From IMG/VR virus record IMGVR_UViG_3300046003_005119, positions 1-62,259 of that record: 62,259 bases of DNA; one strand, written 5' to 3'. Numbering within the stretch: position 1 is the stretch's first letter; every line of letters starts with the position of its first letter. The position numbers and the translations under genes are program-made. Below the pieces are notes generated by a model. It saw only the letters and a program-made list of their open reading frames with translations, had not been told where the DNA came from and did not search any database. This DNA is from a virus (lineage: Duplodnaviria > Caudoviricetes). Positions 17,845-28,098 of this stretch are shown here, piece after piece.

Positions 17845-20358
17845 TCAATACTGAACTCGGGCGACTAGCCCAGAGATGCTCGGAGTTACGTTATTCGTTT
17901 CGCTTTGAAGTTCGATCTTGAACTTGAACGCTCGACCATAGAAGTCTCCAGCCTTGAATATCTGCCAAGCAGACCAAGTCGGAGTTCCAGCTGGATCTTG
18001 TTCAGTGACGCTGATGTAGGTGATGACATCAGTGTCAGTGAACTGCGCGGCTCCAGTCCAATCGTCCCAGTTTCCTGGAAATGAATCCCAGTTTCCTGGA
18101 ATATCATCCCACAGACCAGCGGCTGTGTCGAGACGAACTACGTTCATGTCGATTCTGGATCTAACTCTTCTGACCGCTCCAGTGTCGATATAGGTCGTGA
18201 ATTCATACTCACCAGTTGAAGGCCCAGAGGAGAATGTCGTCAACCTGAGTTGGCTGGAAGTGACCGACGTATTAGTCTTCGTTCCAGAGAACGTCGGAGA
18301 CTGAGTAGAGGTCAGGTTGTTCGAGAACGTTTCGAGCGCTGCTTCACGAACGACAACCGACGAATAGTTGATCGAAGCGTTTCCAAGTTTGTCATACGCC
18401 TTGATCGTATACGTTCCAGGTCTAGTCGGGACAGTGACCGAACTCGCTGGGCGACTTACTCTCGTCACAGAACCAGTCGAGTTCGCGTATGTGGCACCAG
18501 TCTCTTCAAGAGAGTGACGAATTCTGTAGTGCGATAGATCCAGATCTGAAACAGGATCCCACTCTAGAGAGATCACTCCACCATTCAAGTTCGCTCTGAA
18601 ATTCGAGACATCTTCGGGTGCAGCGATGAGACCGACACTTGCGTAATCGAGATAATACGTCCAGTCACCTTGAACTCCAAAGTGATTGAACGATCTGGCC
18701 CTGAAGTCGTGATCCACGCTATCAGGATTCGGCAATTCATAGATACCGACGTCACCGGTTCCAGCGACTGACCACACAGAATCTGTCGATTTCTTATACT
18801 GAACTTCAACATAATCGATCATACTGGAATCGCTCGCAGTGATCAAGATATAGATGAAGTCAATGATGTTTTCGTTCTGGATTCGCACTTCGCTGCTGAG
18901 CGAAATTCCAACTGGCTCCACATAATACGGATTCGGCAGAGTCGTGTTGTTCATCTCGAACACAGAGCCAGAGACGTCTTGAAACACCTGCTCGGAGATC
19001 TCTCTCAGTGTCAACGGAAACTGAATATCAAGTTCTTCAGTGACGGACATGTTCCACGAGGTGACCTCGAAAGCCTTGGACACCCAACCGAAGCGATCAA
19101 GCGAGAGGCTGATGATATCTCCAACCTGAACCTTCATAGCTTTGAGACCGAAACTCGCAGAGATTGACAGTTGCTCTCTGTTTCTGAAAAGAGCGATCTT
19201 GGCAATTCTCTGTGCAGTCTTCGAGGAATCTGTGAACGGAAGATCATAGTCTGTAGTATTCTCGAGACCATTGTCAGCAGCTAGAAACGCCGCGTCCGTC
19301 ACTCTTGGGTAATCAGTATCCTGCCAATCAGTCTCAGGACCCTTGAAAGTTCCCTTGATGACGTTGAAGTTATCACGCCTGGAATTGCGTGTGGAGATTG
19401 AGAGCTGAGATCTTACATCTCCCTCATCGAATGAAATAGCCGGAGCGACCCACTTGGCAGCTTTCATTCTCCACTTGCCTTGTGAATACCATAGAATTCC
19501 ACCCATGGAAGTCAGCAGGCTCGATAGGATAGACCCAGGAGCGACTGAAGTCAGAAAGGATCCAGAGCAGGTATAGCGGCTTTCAGCAGACACAGTCTCA
19601 TCAGCCACATCAGCAGCGATTGTGACAAGAGCATCATCAATTCGAACAGAAGCTTGTGACAGACCGAAAGGTGCGGTGAGATAATCTCTGATGCAGAGAG
19701 CCGAGTTGTTACTCCACGCAGTCAGACCACTTCTTGGGTCATAGACCTTGCGTCCCTTGATTTTCGCGGAGACAGTCGGAACTCCGTTGGCGAAAGCATT
19801 CTGATCATAAGTGAACCGCGCGTAGACATACGCAATTCCTCTCAACCTATGGTTCGCTGTCCAGAATGCTGACTCAGAAGTGAGATCTGTGTCAGCAGTT
19901 TGTGAGTCAGTCCCAAGATAGGTCTTGATCCGAACTTTACCAGAGTATCTCGCTGGAGAGGTCACGTTTCCAGAACCATCTAGAGTGACTATCTCTTCAT
20001 TGAGATAGATCGCTGTGTAGGAGTCGATCTCATGTCCAGCAAAGCCGATCACTCTGTGAAGAATCTTGTTGTTCGTTCCAGTGCTTTCATCATAGATACG
20101 AACCCCGCCAACTCTCGTTTCACCATAGATGATTTGATGATCAAGACTTGATCCTGATACTCCGCTGATGGTGTATCCACCAGTTGAGTTTGACGGTTTC
20201 GGAGAGAGTGCGTTCAGAGCCGCACCCATAGCAGTCGAAACTAGGAAGTGCGTCAGGAGAGTTCCTGCACCTCCGACGAGAAATCCACCAAGAAGAACTC
20301 CACCCGAGAGCGCGGTTGTTCCTGCAGAAATCGCTCCCATGACTGCTGAAATTGCCAT
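17845..20358 (-). CDS. Tail tip/central fibre protein (J-like, with Fn3-like domains)
   Basis: IIYGETRVGG, HRLRGIAY, KGRKVYDPR, ALCIRDYL. Confidence 0.85.
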   Translation of the reverse strand: MAISAVMGAISAGTTALSGGVLLGGFLVGGAGTLLTHFLVSTAMGAALNALSPKPSNSTGGYTISGVSGSSLDHQIIYGETRVGGVRIYDESTGTNNKILHRVIGFAGHEIDSYTAIYLNEEIVTLDGSGNVTSPARYSGKVRIKTYLGTDSQTADTDLTSESAFWTANHRLRGIAYVYARFTYDQNAFANGVPTVSAKIKGRKVYDPRSGLTAWSNNSALCIRDYLTAPFGLSQASVRIDDALVTIAADVADETVSAESRYTCSGSFLTSVAPGSILSSLLTSMGGILWYSQGKWRMKAAKWVAPAISFDEGDVRSQLSISTRNSRRDNFNVIKGTFKGPETDWQDTDYPRVTDAAFLAADNGLENTTDYDLPFTDSSKTAQRIAKIALFRNREQLSISASFGLKAMKVQVGDIISLSLDRFGWVSKAFEVTSWNMSVTEELDIQFPLTLREISEQVFQDVSGSVFEMNNTTLPNPYYVEPVGISLSSEVRIQNENIIDFIYILITASDSSMIDYVEVQYKKSTDSVWSVAGTGDVGIYELPNPDSVDHDFRARSFNHFGVQGDWTYYLDYASVGLIAAPEDVSNFRANLNGGVISLEWDPVSDLDLSHYRIRHSLEETGATYANSTGSVTRVSRPASSVTVPTRPGTYTIKAYDKLGNASINYSSVVVREAALETFSNNLTSTQSPTFSGTKTNTSVTSSQLRLTTFSSGPSTGEYEFTTYIDTGAVRRVRSRIDMNVVRLDTAAGLWDDIPGNWDSFPGNWDDWTGAAQFTDTDVITYISVTEQDPAGTPTWSAWQIFKAGDFYGRAFKFKIELQSETNNVTPSISGLVARVQY

Positions 20359-20359
20359 A

Positions 20360-20809
20360 TCAGAGTCTCTTCATGAAGGTGTTTTCGACATGATCGAATT
20401 TAAGTCTCTTGAGGAGAGGATCGAACGGAGCGTGAACTTTTGAATTCACGACCATCACTTTCACTCCATCCTCTTTAAGACAAGACTCTGCGAATTTAAT
20501 CAGCTTGCTGGCAACGCTACCACGACGAAAATCTGGATGCAAGTAGATAACATCGTTCACAGCGAAAAGATGCTCTGAATAATGAATGTGCGTTCTGACA
20601 AACAGGACGAAATATCCAACGAGAACAGAGTCGCTTCTCACCGTGAAGATCCTAAGGACACCAGAGTCCTCGAGATTCTTGTAAGCCTGCCAGTCCGGCG
20701 AGAGTTTGATTATATCCTTGTTGAGAGCGATCTCTTCCCAATGAGCCTCAATCAAAGACGAACATTCATCTTTGATATTCACGATGAATTCCTGTTGAAA
20801 GGTCATCAT
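20360..20809 (-). CDS. GNAT-family acetyltransferase
   Basis: LVGY...IYLHPDFRRG.VASKLIKFAE acetyl-CoA motif A. Confidence 0.75.
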   Translation of the reverse strand: MMTFQQEFIVNIKDECSSLIEAHWEEIALNKDIIKLSPDWQAYKNLEDSGVLRIFTVRSDSVLVGYFVLFVRTHIHYSEHLFAVNDVIYLHPDFRRGSVASKLIKFAESCLKEDGVKVMVVNSKVHAPFDPLLKRLKFDHVENTFMKRL

Positions 20810-21360
20810 TTTGCAGACTTTCCAAAGAAGATCTCTTTATCCTGAATATCAGAAATGAAATCAAGACCGAGATCTCCAGGAAACCGAGACTTCTGATCCT
20901 CTGGGGTGAAGCGACGAACGACAGGCCTCTCAAGTCTGATCAGCTCATTCTCCACAGTGACAGTGATGACTGCTGTTTCAAAAGTCTCATTGATGACCAT
21001 CTGATCGAGGAACCCAGAGAAGATCTCAACATAGTCAACGGCAGAATTCGTCACTCCGAAAAAGATCTTGCACTCTCTGCCCTGATACGGCTCAACCAGA
21101 GCCATCGACAGAAACGTCGCTGGGATACCAGTCAGTGTGATCGTCGCTCCCTGAGCGCTCATCTCTGAAGTTTCGGAGATAGCAGATATGGAAATCAACT
21201 CTCCAGCACCGAGATACGTCTTTGCACCGATGACAAGATCTTCATTTCCATTCCACACATACAGAGCTCCAGAGTCCAAACTGAAGTCTATTGCGAAGAA
21301 CGGAAATATGACTTCGTCTGTTAGCGCGGTCGATACCGGAGATGATAACTCTCTGCTCAT
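20806..21360 (-). CDS. Minor tail/hub protein
   Basis: YLGAGEL.SI...E..E; FSGFLDQM; DQKSRFPGD.GLDF; start MSRELS. Confidence 0.7.
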   Translation of the reverse strand: MSRELSSPVSTALTDEVIFPFFAIDFSLDSGALYVWNGNEDLVIGAKTYLGAGELISISAISETSEMSAQGATITLTGIPATFLSMALVEPYQGRECKIFFGVTNSAVDYVEIFSGFLDQMVINETFETAVITVTVENELIRLERPVVRRFTPEDQKSRFPGDLGLDFISDIQDKEIFFGKSAK

Positions 21361-21986
21361 AGAGCCTCCATGCACTCGAAAGTGATTCCATAGATGCTCA
21401 TGCTGTTGATATCCCACTGGGTTAGCGGATCTTTGAGACGGAACTTTCCGACACACCCGCTGACGATGACTGCGTCGTTATCAGCAGGAGAAGATCTCAA
21501 GGTCGGCCAGATATCAAGAGTCACCTGACCAGTTCCATCGGAGTTCGCATCAACGAGAACCTTGTGCAGCTTCGAACCTGAGCCAGTCCCAAGTTGAATA
21601 TAGTCACCAGCCTTCAGATATCCAGTCGCTGAGAGAGGAGCACCATCGATGATGAGGCTGCTCCCAGTTTGAGATGCACCTTTCACCAACGGAGTTCCAG
21701 GAGCAGTTGAAGCCGAACCCTGAGGAGTTGCACAGTTGGGATCAGAAAGCAAGAATGTTCCGACCCTTCCGTTGAGACTCAGAAGGAATGAGATCCAAGG
21801 CTCAGCCTTGTTTCTCAAAAACGGAGAGATCTTGACCGTTGCCTCCCACCTCTTTCCAGGATGAGACACAACCTGCTGGTTGAATCCATACGGAGACATA
21901 CTGAGCGCGTCAGCATTGACAGCCCGCAACGAGATTTCCTCAATCGCGTAGCCAGTAGGGAGAGACAGAGGGTATGAGATTGTCAT
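21357..21986 (-). CDS. Distal tail protein
   Basis: Directly after the tape measure gene; MTISYPLSLP...SPY...QQV...G.RWEA. Confidence 0.7.
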   Translation of the reverse strand: MTISYPLSLPTGYAIEEISLRAVNADALSMSPYGFNQQVVSHPGKRWEATVKISPFLRNKAEPWISFLLSLNGRVGTFLLSDPNCATPQGSASTAPGTPLVKGASQTGSSLIIDGAPLSATGYLKAGDYIQLGTGSGSKLHKVLVDANSDGTGQVTLDIWPTLRSSPADNDAVIVSGCVGKFRLKDPLTQWDINSMSIYGITFECMEAL

Positions 21987-24900
21987 TATCCACCAAACGC
22001 ATTCTTCATCTGTCCACCTCTTCTGCGAGCGTCGATGATTGCGCTCTTGGTCTTATCAACGATAGCCGGAACAGCTTTCATGATCTCAGAACGAATTGCA
22101 GTTACGTCGACGCCAGACCCACTGACATGAATGTCATTGTTCACGATGATAGTGTCGCCACCAGACCCAGAGGCCTGAACTCCAAGCTTCCCGTTCGCAC
22201 CTCTAGTGAGAGGCATGATCGCCTCTGGGCCAGCTTCACCCATGATGCCGAGGCCAGTGTTGGTCTTGAACATAGTCGCTCCGGAAACGACGCCACCATT
22301 GGCGAACTTCCGCAGCTGAGAACCTTGGCTCCAGACACCACCATCAGCTTGTTTAGTGAACGCCCCAGAAATAAGACCAATGAGACCAGTTCCAGTTCCA
22401 GTGGAGGCGTTGAAAGAACCAACCAGCCTCTGCACAACGAGAACTCGATAAAGTTCCTTGATGATCTCGTAAGCCATCTTCTTGAAAGCTTCTCCCATCG
22501 TCTGAGTTCCCTCGACGATTGACATGAAGGCTTCTTCCATGGAAGATTTGATTTTGTCAGAAATCGATTGCATCTGAGCGATTGCTTCTTTCTTCGCGTT
22601 CAGAGCCTCAATCTCCTTAGTGACATTATCGATCTCCAGCTGAGAGTATTTATCACGATCAGCACTCAGTGCAGTCTCAACCTGTCTTTGGGCTTCAGAC
22701 AACCCAAGGAGACGAGTTTCAAGCGCAATCTGTTCGCGGAGTTTCGCGAGAGCATCTTCGGATGCACCACCTCCACCACCTGCTCCATCAGGAAGAAGTG
22801 AATCCTGAAAGTCCTTGAGATCCTTCGCGTCCTTAGCCTTGTTGAAGAGAGCCAGGAAGCCCTCTTTAGCTTTCGCGACGAAGCCACTGTTCGCAAATCT
22901 GCTGAGAGCATTTGAAATGCCAGTTGTGATTCCTCGCAGAGCGCCGAAGGAAGAACTCAAGACAGCCAGTAGCTCTCTTGCTTTATCGATTGCAGGCTGA
23001 ATCATAGCAGCCAACATCTTGATCTTTCCTCCAAGAGTGTCAGTCGCTCCGCCAGCAGCAGCGATGACTCTCTCTAGAGCCTGAACTCTGGACAGCTGGA
23101 TAACCATCTGATCAGAAACGCTTTCAGCGATCTTGAGACTTTTGATAGTCGTCAAGAGATTTTCCATCTCAGTTCTTTGTCTCTGCTTCAGGACCTCGAT
23201 TGAATTTTCTCCGTATATTACAGACAGCCTGAGGATCTCAGCTTTCTCTCTCATCGGAGTGAGAATTTCCATCGCCTTCTGGTATTCAGCATCACTTTCA
23301 GCACGAGTTTGTCCCATGAGCTGAAGTTGCTGTCCCCACGTTCCGACCATGAACTGTCTCAGCTCACGCATTCTGAACATCTGTTCATTCTGACGGATCA
23401 GTTCTTGGACAATCATCTTTTCTTGGTTCAGGGCGAGCTGAGCTTTCATCGCGAGATCTGTGGCAGAAGCTTGAAGGCTCACTATCTCAGATTCAGTCGA
23501 TCCAGACCCAAGACCAGAGGAAGGATCGAACGTATAAGGATTCGCAGCCGCGGACTCTACATTCGCCTGTGCGACGTCTCTGATCGATGCCGCCAGAGCT
23601 CTGTTCTCTGCCGAGAGAGCTTTTGCCGTAGAGAGAGCCTTTGCTCCTCCTCCTGAGGCATACTCAGCCATCGAATCGTTCAGTTGCTCTTGGACTGATT
23701 TCAATTCCTCAGTTGCATCAGTCTGCAAAGACATGTAGAGCTGAACCGCAAGAAGACCAGTCAGAAGAATTCCGATAGGATTCGCCATGATCGTAGCGAA
23801 CAGAGCCATGAATGCGCCACGAACAGCACCAATAGCGACAGCAACTCCAGGAAGGACAGCGCGGAGCCGGACGAACCACCCTAGCGCCGCTGCCTGTGCA
23901 GCCGCTAGGCGCGTGGTTGCAACGGCAAGCCCCGTAGCCTGCGCCGTAGCCTGTGCAGCCGCTAGGCGCGCAGCCTGTGCGGCCTGCGCGCCAAATGCAG
24001 CCTGTGCAGCCCGTGCAGCCGCTAGGCGCGCAGCCTGTGCTGTCTCAACACCCTCAACAATGGAAAGTTTCTGAGAAAGATTGATCAAATTCTGCTTCGC
24101 GATCGCAAGGTTCACGAATTGACCAGTCTGAGCGTTTCTGGCAACGCCATTTCTGATCACATACTGTGACTCGAGAACTTGCTGCTGCAAGAGCAGTTTC
24201 TTCTGGGCGATGAGAGCAAGATTCTGCTGAAGTTCAGCCTGACGACTCGCGTATGCTGCGAGAGTTGTTCTGGTCTCTATGTTAGCTGCGGTTACGACAG
24301 CAGCAGATTTTGCGACGACCGCTGTCCGTATAGCGATCAGCCTCTGCAGAACTTCAGTCTGCTTTATTTGGGCAGCTTTCAATCCTGCAACGTAAGCCAT
24401 GACAGCGTGAATAGCTTTTCCTGCGAATACACCAGCCAGAGTCACGCCGACAGCAGTCGCGGTGACCATGATTCCTTTCAGGTTATCAGCGATACTGATG
24501 ATCGCCATAGAAACCTTTTCAGAGAAACCGGTTGCATCATCGAATGCGTCCAGGAGGGCCAAGAAGGAATCTCGAACAATACCAAGAGACTGGCCAATCG
24601 TCGGAACGAGTTTCGCGAAGTCCTTATCAATTCCAGCGGCAGAGTTTCTGAAAGCTGCGAGGATTTGATCAGCCGTGATCTTTCCTTCAGTTCCAAGCTG
24701 ACGGAGTTCACCACGGGTCACACCGAATTGCTTCGCGATGATGTCCGCAACCAGAGGAAGCTGTTCCAGAATTGAACGAAGTTCATCGCCGCCCAAGCGG
24801 TTTGACGAGATACCTTGCCCAAGCTGAATGAGCGCAGCGTTCGCTTCTCGAGCGTTCGCACCAGATAGAACAGCAGCCTTGCTCACAGACTCAGTAAATC

Positions 24901-25267
24901 TAAGCAACTCTTTCTGCGAGACACCGAGTTCTCTTGCAGACAGAGCCGTTCTGTTATAGATCTCGTTCACGCCTTCGAACGAGGTTCTTGATTTCTTTGC
25001 GATCTCAAACAACTGAGTCTGAACATCTTGCAGGTTCGATGCAGAGATCGTGGTCAGCTTCAACCTGTTTTCATAGTTCGTAAGCAAATCGAGCTGACTG
25101 GTCAACCCTCTCAGCAGACCAGCGCCACCGATGACGAACAACGCACGCTCAAGAAGAAAGATGCTTCGAGTTGCCCTGTTCGCGGCCATGCCAAGTTCGT
25201 CAAGATTTCTCTTGATGACATTCGTTCCGTTTTCACGGAAGATGATATTGACGTGTTCAGTTCCCAT
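21986..25267 (-). CDS. Tape measure protein (1093 aa)
   Basis: QLGQG.....L.GDELRSILEQ tape-measure domain; FANGGVV...MGEAGPEAIMPL C-terminus. Confidence 0.95.
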   Translation of the reverse strand: MGTEHVNIIFRENGTNVIKRNLDELGMAANRATRSIFLLERALFVIGGAGLLRGLTSQLDLLTNYENRLKLTTISASNLQDVQTQLFEIAKKSRTSFEGVNEIYNRTALSARELGVSQKELLRFTESVSKAAVLSGANAREANAALIQLGQGISSNRLGGDELRSILEQLPLVADIIAKQFGVTRGELRQLGTEGKITADQILAAFRNSAAGIDKDFAKLVPTIGQSLGIVRDSFLALLDAFDDATGFSEKVSMAIISIADNLKGIMVTATAVGVTLAGVFAGKAIHAVMAYVAGLKAAQIKQTEVLQRLIAIRTAVVAKSAAVVTAANIETRTTLAAYASRQAELQQNLALIAQKKLLLQQQVLESQYVIRNGVARNAQTGQFVNLAIAKQNLINLSQKLSIVEGVETAQAARLAAARAAQAAFGAQAAQAARLAAAQATAQATGLAVATTRLAAAQAAALGWFVRLRAVLPGVAVAIGAVRGAFMALFATIMANPIGILLTGLLAVQLYMSLQTDATEELKSVQEQLNDSMAEYASGGGAKALSTAKALSAENRALAASIRDVAQANVESAAANPYTFDPSSGLGSGSTESEIVSLQASATDLAMKAQLALNQEKMIVQELIRQNEQMFRMRELRQFMVGTWGQQLQLMGQTRAESDAEYQKAMEILTPMREKAEILRLSVIYGENSIEVLKQRQRTEMENLLTTIKSLKIAESVSDQMVIQLSRVQALERVIAAAGGATDTLGGKIKMLAAMIQPAIDKARELLAVLSSSFGALRGITTGISNALSRFANSGFVAKAKEGFLALFNKAKDAKDLKDFQDSLLPDGAGGGGGASEDALAKLREQIALETRLLGLSEAQRQVETALSADRDKYSQLEIDNVTKEIEALNAKKEAIAQMQSISDKIKSSMEEAFMSIVEGTQTMGEAFKKMAYEIIKELYRVLVVQRLVGSFNASTGTGTGLIGLISGAFTKQADGGVWSQGSQLRKFANGGVVSGATMFKTNTGLGIMGEAGPEAIMPLTRGANGKLGVQASGSGGDTIIVNNDIHVSGSGVDVTAIRSEIMKAVPAIVDKTKSAIIDARRRGGQMKNAFGG

Positions 25268-25752
25268 TACTCACCTTCTTCATCTTGACTTCTGGTGAAG
25301 ACACGAAAGTTCTGAATCACATCATGAACTTCTGACAAAGCGATCTCGATAAATCCAGCTGGAGCCTGACTGGAATATCCGCTATTCAATCTTTCGATGT
25401 AAGGAGCGTTGTTCGCGATATAGACAGCTTTCTTCAGACCGCCTCCTCGCCCAGAGACGCCGCGAACAGTTTCGATTTTCGCAAATCCAGCAGCGATCGC
25501 GGCGTTGGCGTTTCCGCGCTCGCCGAGTCCGAGTTTCTTTCCAGGAGCGTAGGCTTTGATGAATGCAGTCGGAGCAGCACCAACACCAACTCTCCAGTTG
25601 GAACGAGCAACACCTTCATCAACAGGAGTCGCGTAGACGAGAGCCTTCAGCGCTCGCTTAGAAGTCGCTCTCACAACGCGAGTGGCGGCATTCTCGATCT
25701 GAGAACTTTTCTTGAAGATGTTCTGAGAGAACTGAGCGAGAGTTGCCATCAC
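25267..25752 (-). CDS. Neck/tail completion protein (HK97 gp10-like)
   Basis: TPVDEG.ARSNW...N.APYIERLN.GYS.QAPAGF. Confidence 0.75.
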   Translation of the reverse strand: MMATLAQFSQNIFKKSSQIENAATRVVRATSKRALKALVYATPVDEGVARSNWRVGVGAAPTAFIKAYAPGKKLGLGERGNANAAIAAGFAKIETVRGVSGRGGGLKKAVYIANNAPYIERLNSGYSSQAPAGFIEIALSEVHDVIQNFRVFTRSQDEEGE

Positions 25753-26024
25753 TTTTTCTTCTGTGAGAGGTTCAGATAAACACCGTCCATCGCTTTGATA
25801 TGATGGTGCATAGCCTCAGTCTGCTCTTCGTCCAGTTTCTTTCTATCACAGTAGTCTTGGATTGTTCCCCACCATATAGGGCTGACACCCATCCCGACGT
25901 TCCGTGAGTTGATTAGATCCGTGAACCCTATGTAGTATAGTTCAAGGCCGGGAAGAAGACTAGGGGCATTTTGAATTTTCTCAGGAAGAGGCAGGCCGTG
26001 TTTCGCGGCCTGCTCGATGATCAT
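25749..26024 (-). CDS. Tail assembly chaperone extension (gpT-like, reached by -1 frameshift)
   Basis: Frame stays open up to the GGGAAAC site at 26072-26078. Confidence 0.75.
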   Translation of the reverse strand: MIIEQAAKHGLPLPEKIQNAPSLLPGLELYYIGFTDLINSRNVGMGVSPIWWGTIQDYCDRKKLDEEQTEAMHHHIKAMDGVYLNLSQKKK

Positions 26025-26068
26025 GTGTTCTACCGGTCCTTGGACGAGCTGATACTCAAGGACCGCTA

Positions 26069-26506
26069 TCAGTTTCCCGCTTCGGCCTCGAGTTCAGCAC
26101 GACGGAAGTTGGAGATCGAGGTCGCCTGCTGCTGAAGATCAAGGAACAGATTCGGCAGAGCCTTGAGAGTGGACAACACATTGTCTTCGTTGAACGGCAA
26201 GATCGAACCGTCCTTGGATTCGATGCCAGTTTTCCACTTGTCGACGCCATCACGAACTTGCCAGTCCAGGATGATAGTCTTCGCGTAGATGTCCAGCATG
26301 ATAGCGAGCGAACGCTCGTTGCCGAGAGAACCGGCTTCCATAGCCCGACGAACCGGCTTCATCATCTTTTCGGCATATTTCACATACCGAGTGTTTCCCT
26401 GACCTGCGTGGGCAAGGCGAACACGGAAATCACCGTAATCGACGATGACGCCTTTGGATTCCATCTCGGCGTCAGTTTCGAATGTGTCATACATTCCCAT
26501 ATGCAA
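26069..26506 (-). CDS. Tail assembly chaperone (gpG-like)
   Basis: Between tail tube and tape measure genes; ends GCG GGA AAC TGA. Confidence 0.8.
   Translation of the reverse strand: MHMGMYDTFETDAEMESKGVIVDYGDFRVRLAHAGQGNTRYVKYAEKMMKPVRRAMEAGSLGNERSLAIMLDIYAKTIILDWQVRDGVDKWKTGIESKDGSILPFNEDNVLSTLKALPNLFLDLQQQATSISNFRRAELEAEAGN
26072..26078 (-). other. -1 programmed frameshift heptamer G GGA AAC
   Basis: X XXY YYZ directly before the stop; the -1 frame reads KLIAVLEYQLVQGPVEHMIIEQ into the next ORF. Confidence 0.85.
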
Positions 26507-26532
26507 TATCCTTCTGTGTGGAAGACGCAGCT

Positions 26533-28086
26533 TTACGCTGCGTCCGGGAGATAGTTGAAGTAGGTGATCAGAAGCGTGTGATCGAGGTTCTCATCGACAT
26601 CTTCGCCCGAAGCTGCTTCCGTCGTCAGGGGAAGAGTGATAGGCTGATCGATCTCAACATTCAGACGCCCGTCACCGAGCGAAATCAAGGGAAGATCGAA
26701 GACGATGCCAGTGTTGTCCTTCACGACAGACAAGTCGAGCGTGACATCGGAGTTGTCACGAACTGCTTGGGTCGCAGCGACGCTCGCGAAATAAGCAGTC
26801 ATGCTACCCGAAACAGTGAACGTCCCAGCCGTGAGATCGAACGAGCCCAGAACGCCGACAGCCTTGTTCGGAGTCACGTTGTTGTTGATCGTGATGGTTG
26901 CCTCGGTCACGAACGCGAACAGCGCCGCCGGAGCCTCGTCCGTATCGCTCACAACAGAAAGGCGGATACGACCGATATCGCTCGAGGTATTGTATTCGTT
27001 CGCGGCCGGAAATTCGAGAACGCCAGTCTGCTTGGGTCCAGTCGCGCCAGTCCGCTGCTCGTTGTCCGTTGCGATGAACGAAAAATCGACGTTCATCAGA
27101 TCAGACGACGGAACGTTCAGGGTGAACTCGTTGGCGACAGCACCCTTGAGAACTTCAGACTGGATTTCAGCCGGAAGCGCGTCATCAGGAGCGCCGAGTG
27201 TCCGCTCGAGGTTGTAGGTGCGACGAACGATCGAGGAACCAGTTTCGTTCCGGAGAACATCGCCGAAGAACAGGCGAACGGTCAGACCAGTTCCGGTTTC
27301 GTTGACCATCGTCGAGAAGGACTTGTCGAAAGTCAATCTGGTTGCAGTGATGGAACGAATTCTCTTGAACCCGTTGTTCGCAGCAGTCACGAACTTCGTC
27401 CCAGCCGAATCGCCACCAACGAACACCCACTGACCGACGACGAGCCCAAGAGTGGTGAAGTTCAGCGAGGTCGACGTGATTGCAGGGAAGGTTCCGGTTG
27501 CGTCGACGTTGAGATCGGCGGAGGTCCCTTGGAAACCGACCACGTTGATCGATGCACCGGTCGGAGGAGAGGCTTCAGCCGTGAGCAGACCAGTCGCAAC
27601 CTCGACCGAGGTATTCGTGGTGATTGCAGTCACGACGTTCAGCGCGTTGTTCGCAGCATTCGTGAAGCCGATTCCCTTGATCAACGAATTGACGAGAAAG
27701 CCAGCGGTCGCCGCGACTTCGTATTCATCAGGGTTCGTGGTGTCGATGTCGACTGCGGTGACAGCTTGCTTCCCCTTCCGGCGAATATCAGCGAACATGA
27801 CGCCCTGCATCAGATCGGTGAGATTCTGGAACGTCAGGTTGTGGTTGATTCCGCCAGCCGCGTTCAGGTCAGTCGTCACACCCTTGCGGCGCTGGCGAGA
27901 AGGATTGATCGGATTCGGGGAAACAGTAACGATCTCACCGCCGAAATCGCTGTAGCTGTTCGGGTTCAACCGATACCAGACCGGAGTTCCACCAAGTCCA
28001 CCTTCACCAGGAAGCAGGCCGAGCTGAGCTTCTTCAGCATAGGCAAGGCCCGTGATGTTGGAGTCGATCTTTTGAGCGTCTGCCAT
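26533..28086 (-). CDS. Major tail tube protein
   Basis: IDSN.TGL.YAEE...PNSYSDFGG; position; strong codon bias. Confidence 0.85.
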   Translation of the reverse strand: MADAQKIDSNITGLAYAEEAQLGLLPGEGGLGGTPVWYRLNPNSYSDFGGEIVTVSPNPINPSRQRRKGVTTDLNAAGGINHNLTFQNLTDLMQGVMFADIRRKGKQAVTAVDIDTTNPDEYEVAATAGFLVNSLIKGIGFTNAANNALNVVTAITTNTSVEVATGLLTAEASPPTGASINVVGFQGTSADLNVDATGTFPAITSTSLNFTTLGLVVGQWVFVGGDSAGTKFVTAANNGFKRIRSITATRLTFDKSFSTMVNETGTGLTVRLFFGDVLRNETGSSIVRRTYNLERTLGAPDDALPAEIQSEVLKGAVANEFTLNVPSSDLMNVDFSFIATDNEQRTGATGPKQTGVLEFPAANEYNTSSDIGRIRLSVVSDTDEAPAALFAFVTEATITINNNVTPNKAVGVLGSFDLTAGTFTVSGSMTAYFASVAATQAVRDNSDVTLDLSVVKDNTGIVFDLPLISLGDGRLNVEIDQPITLPLTTEAASGEDVDENLDHTLLITYFNYLPDAA

Positions 28087-28098
28087 TTACAGGCCTCC

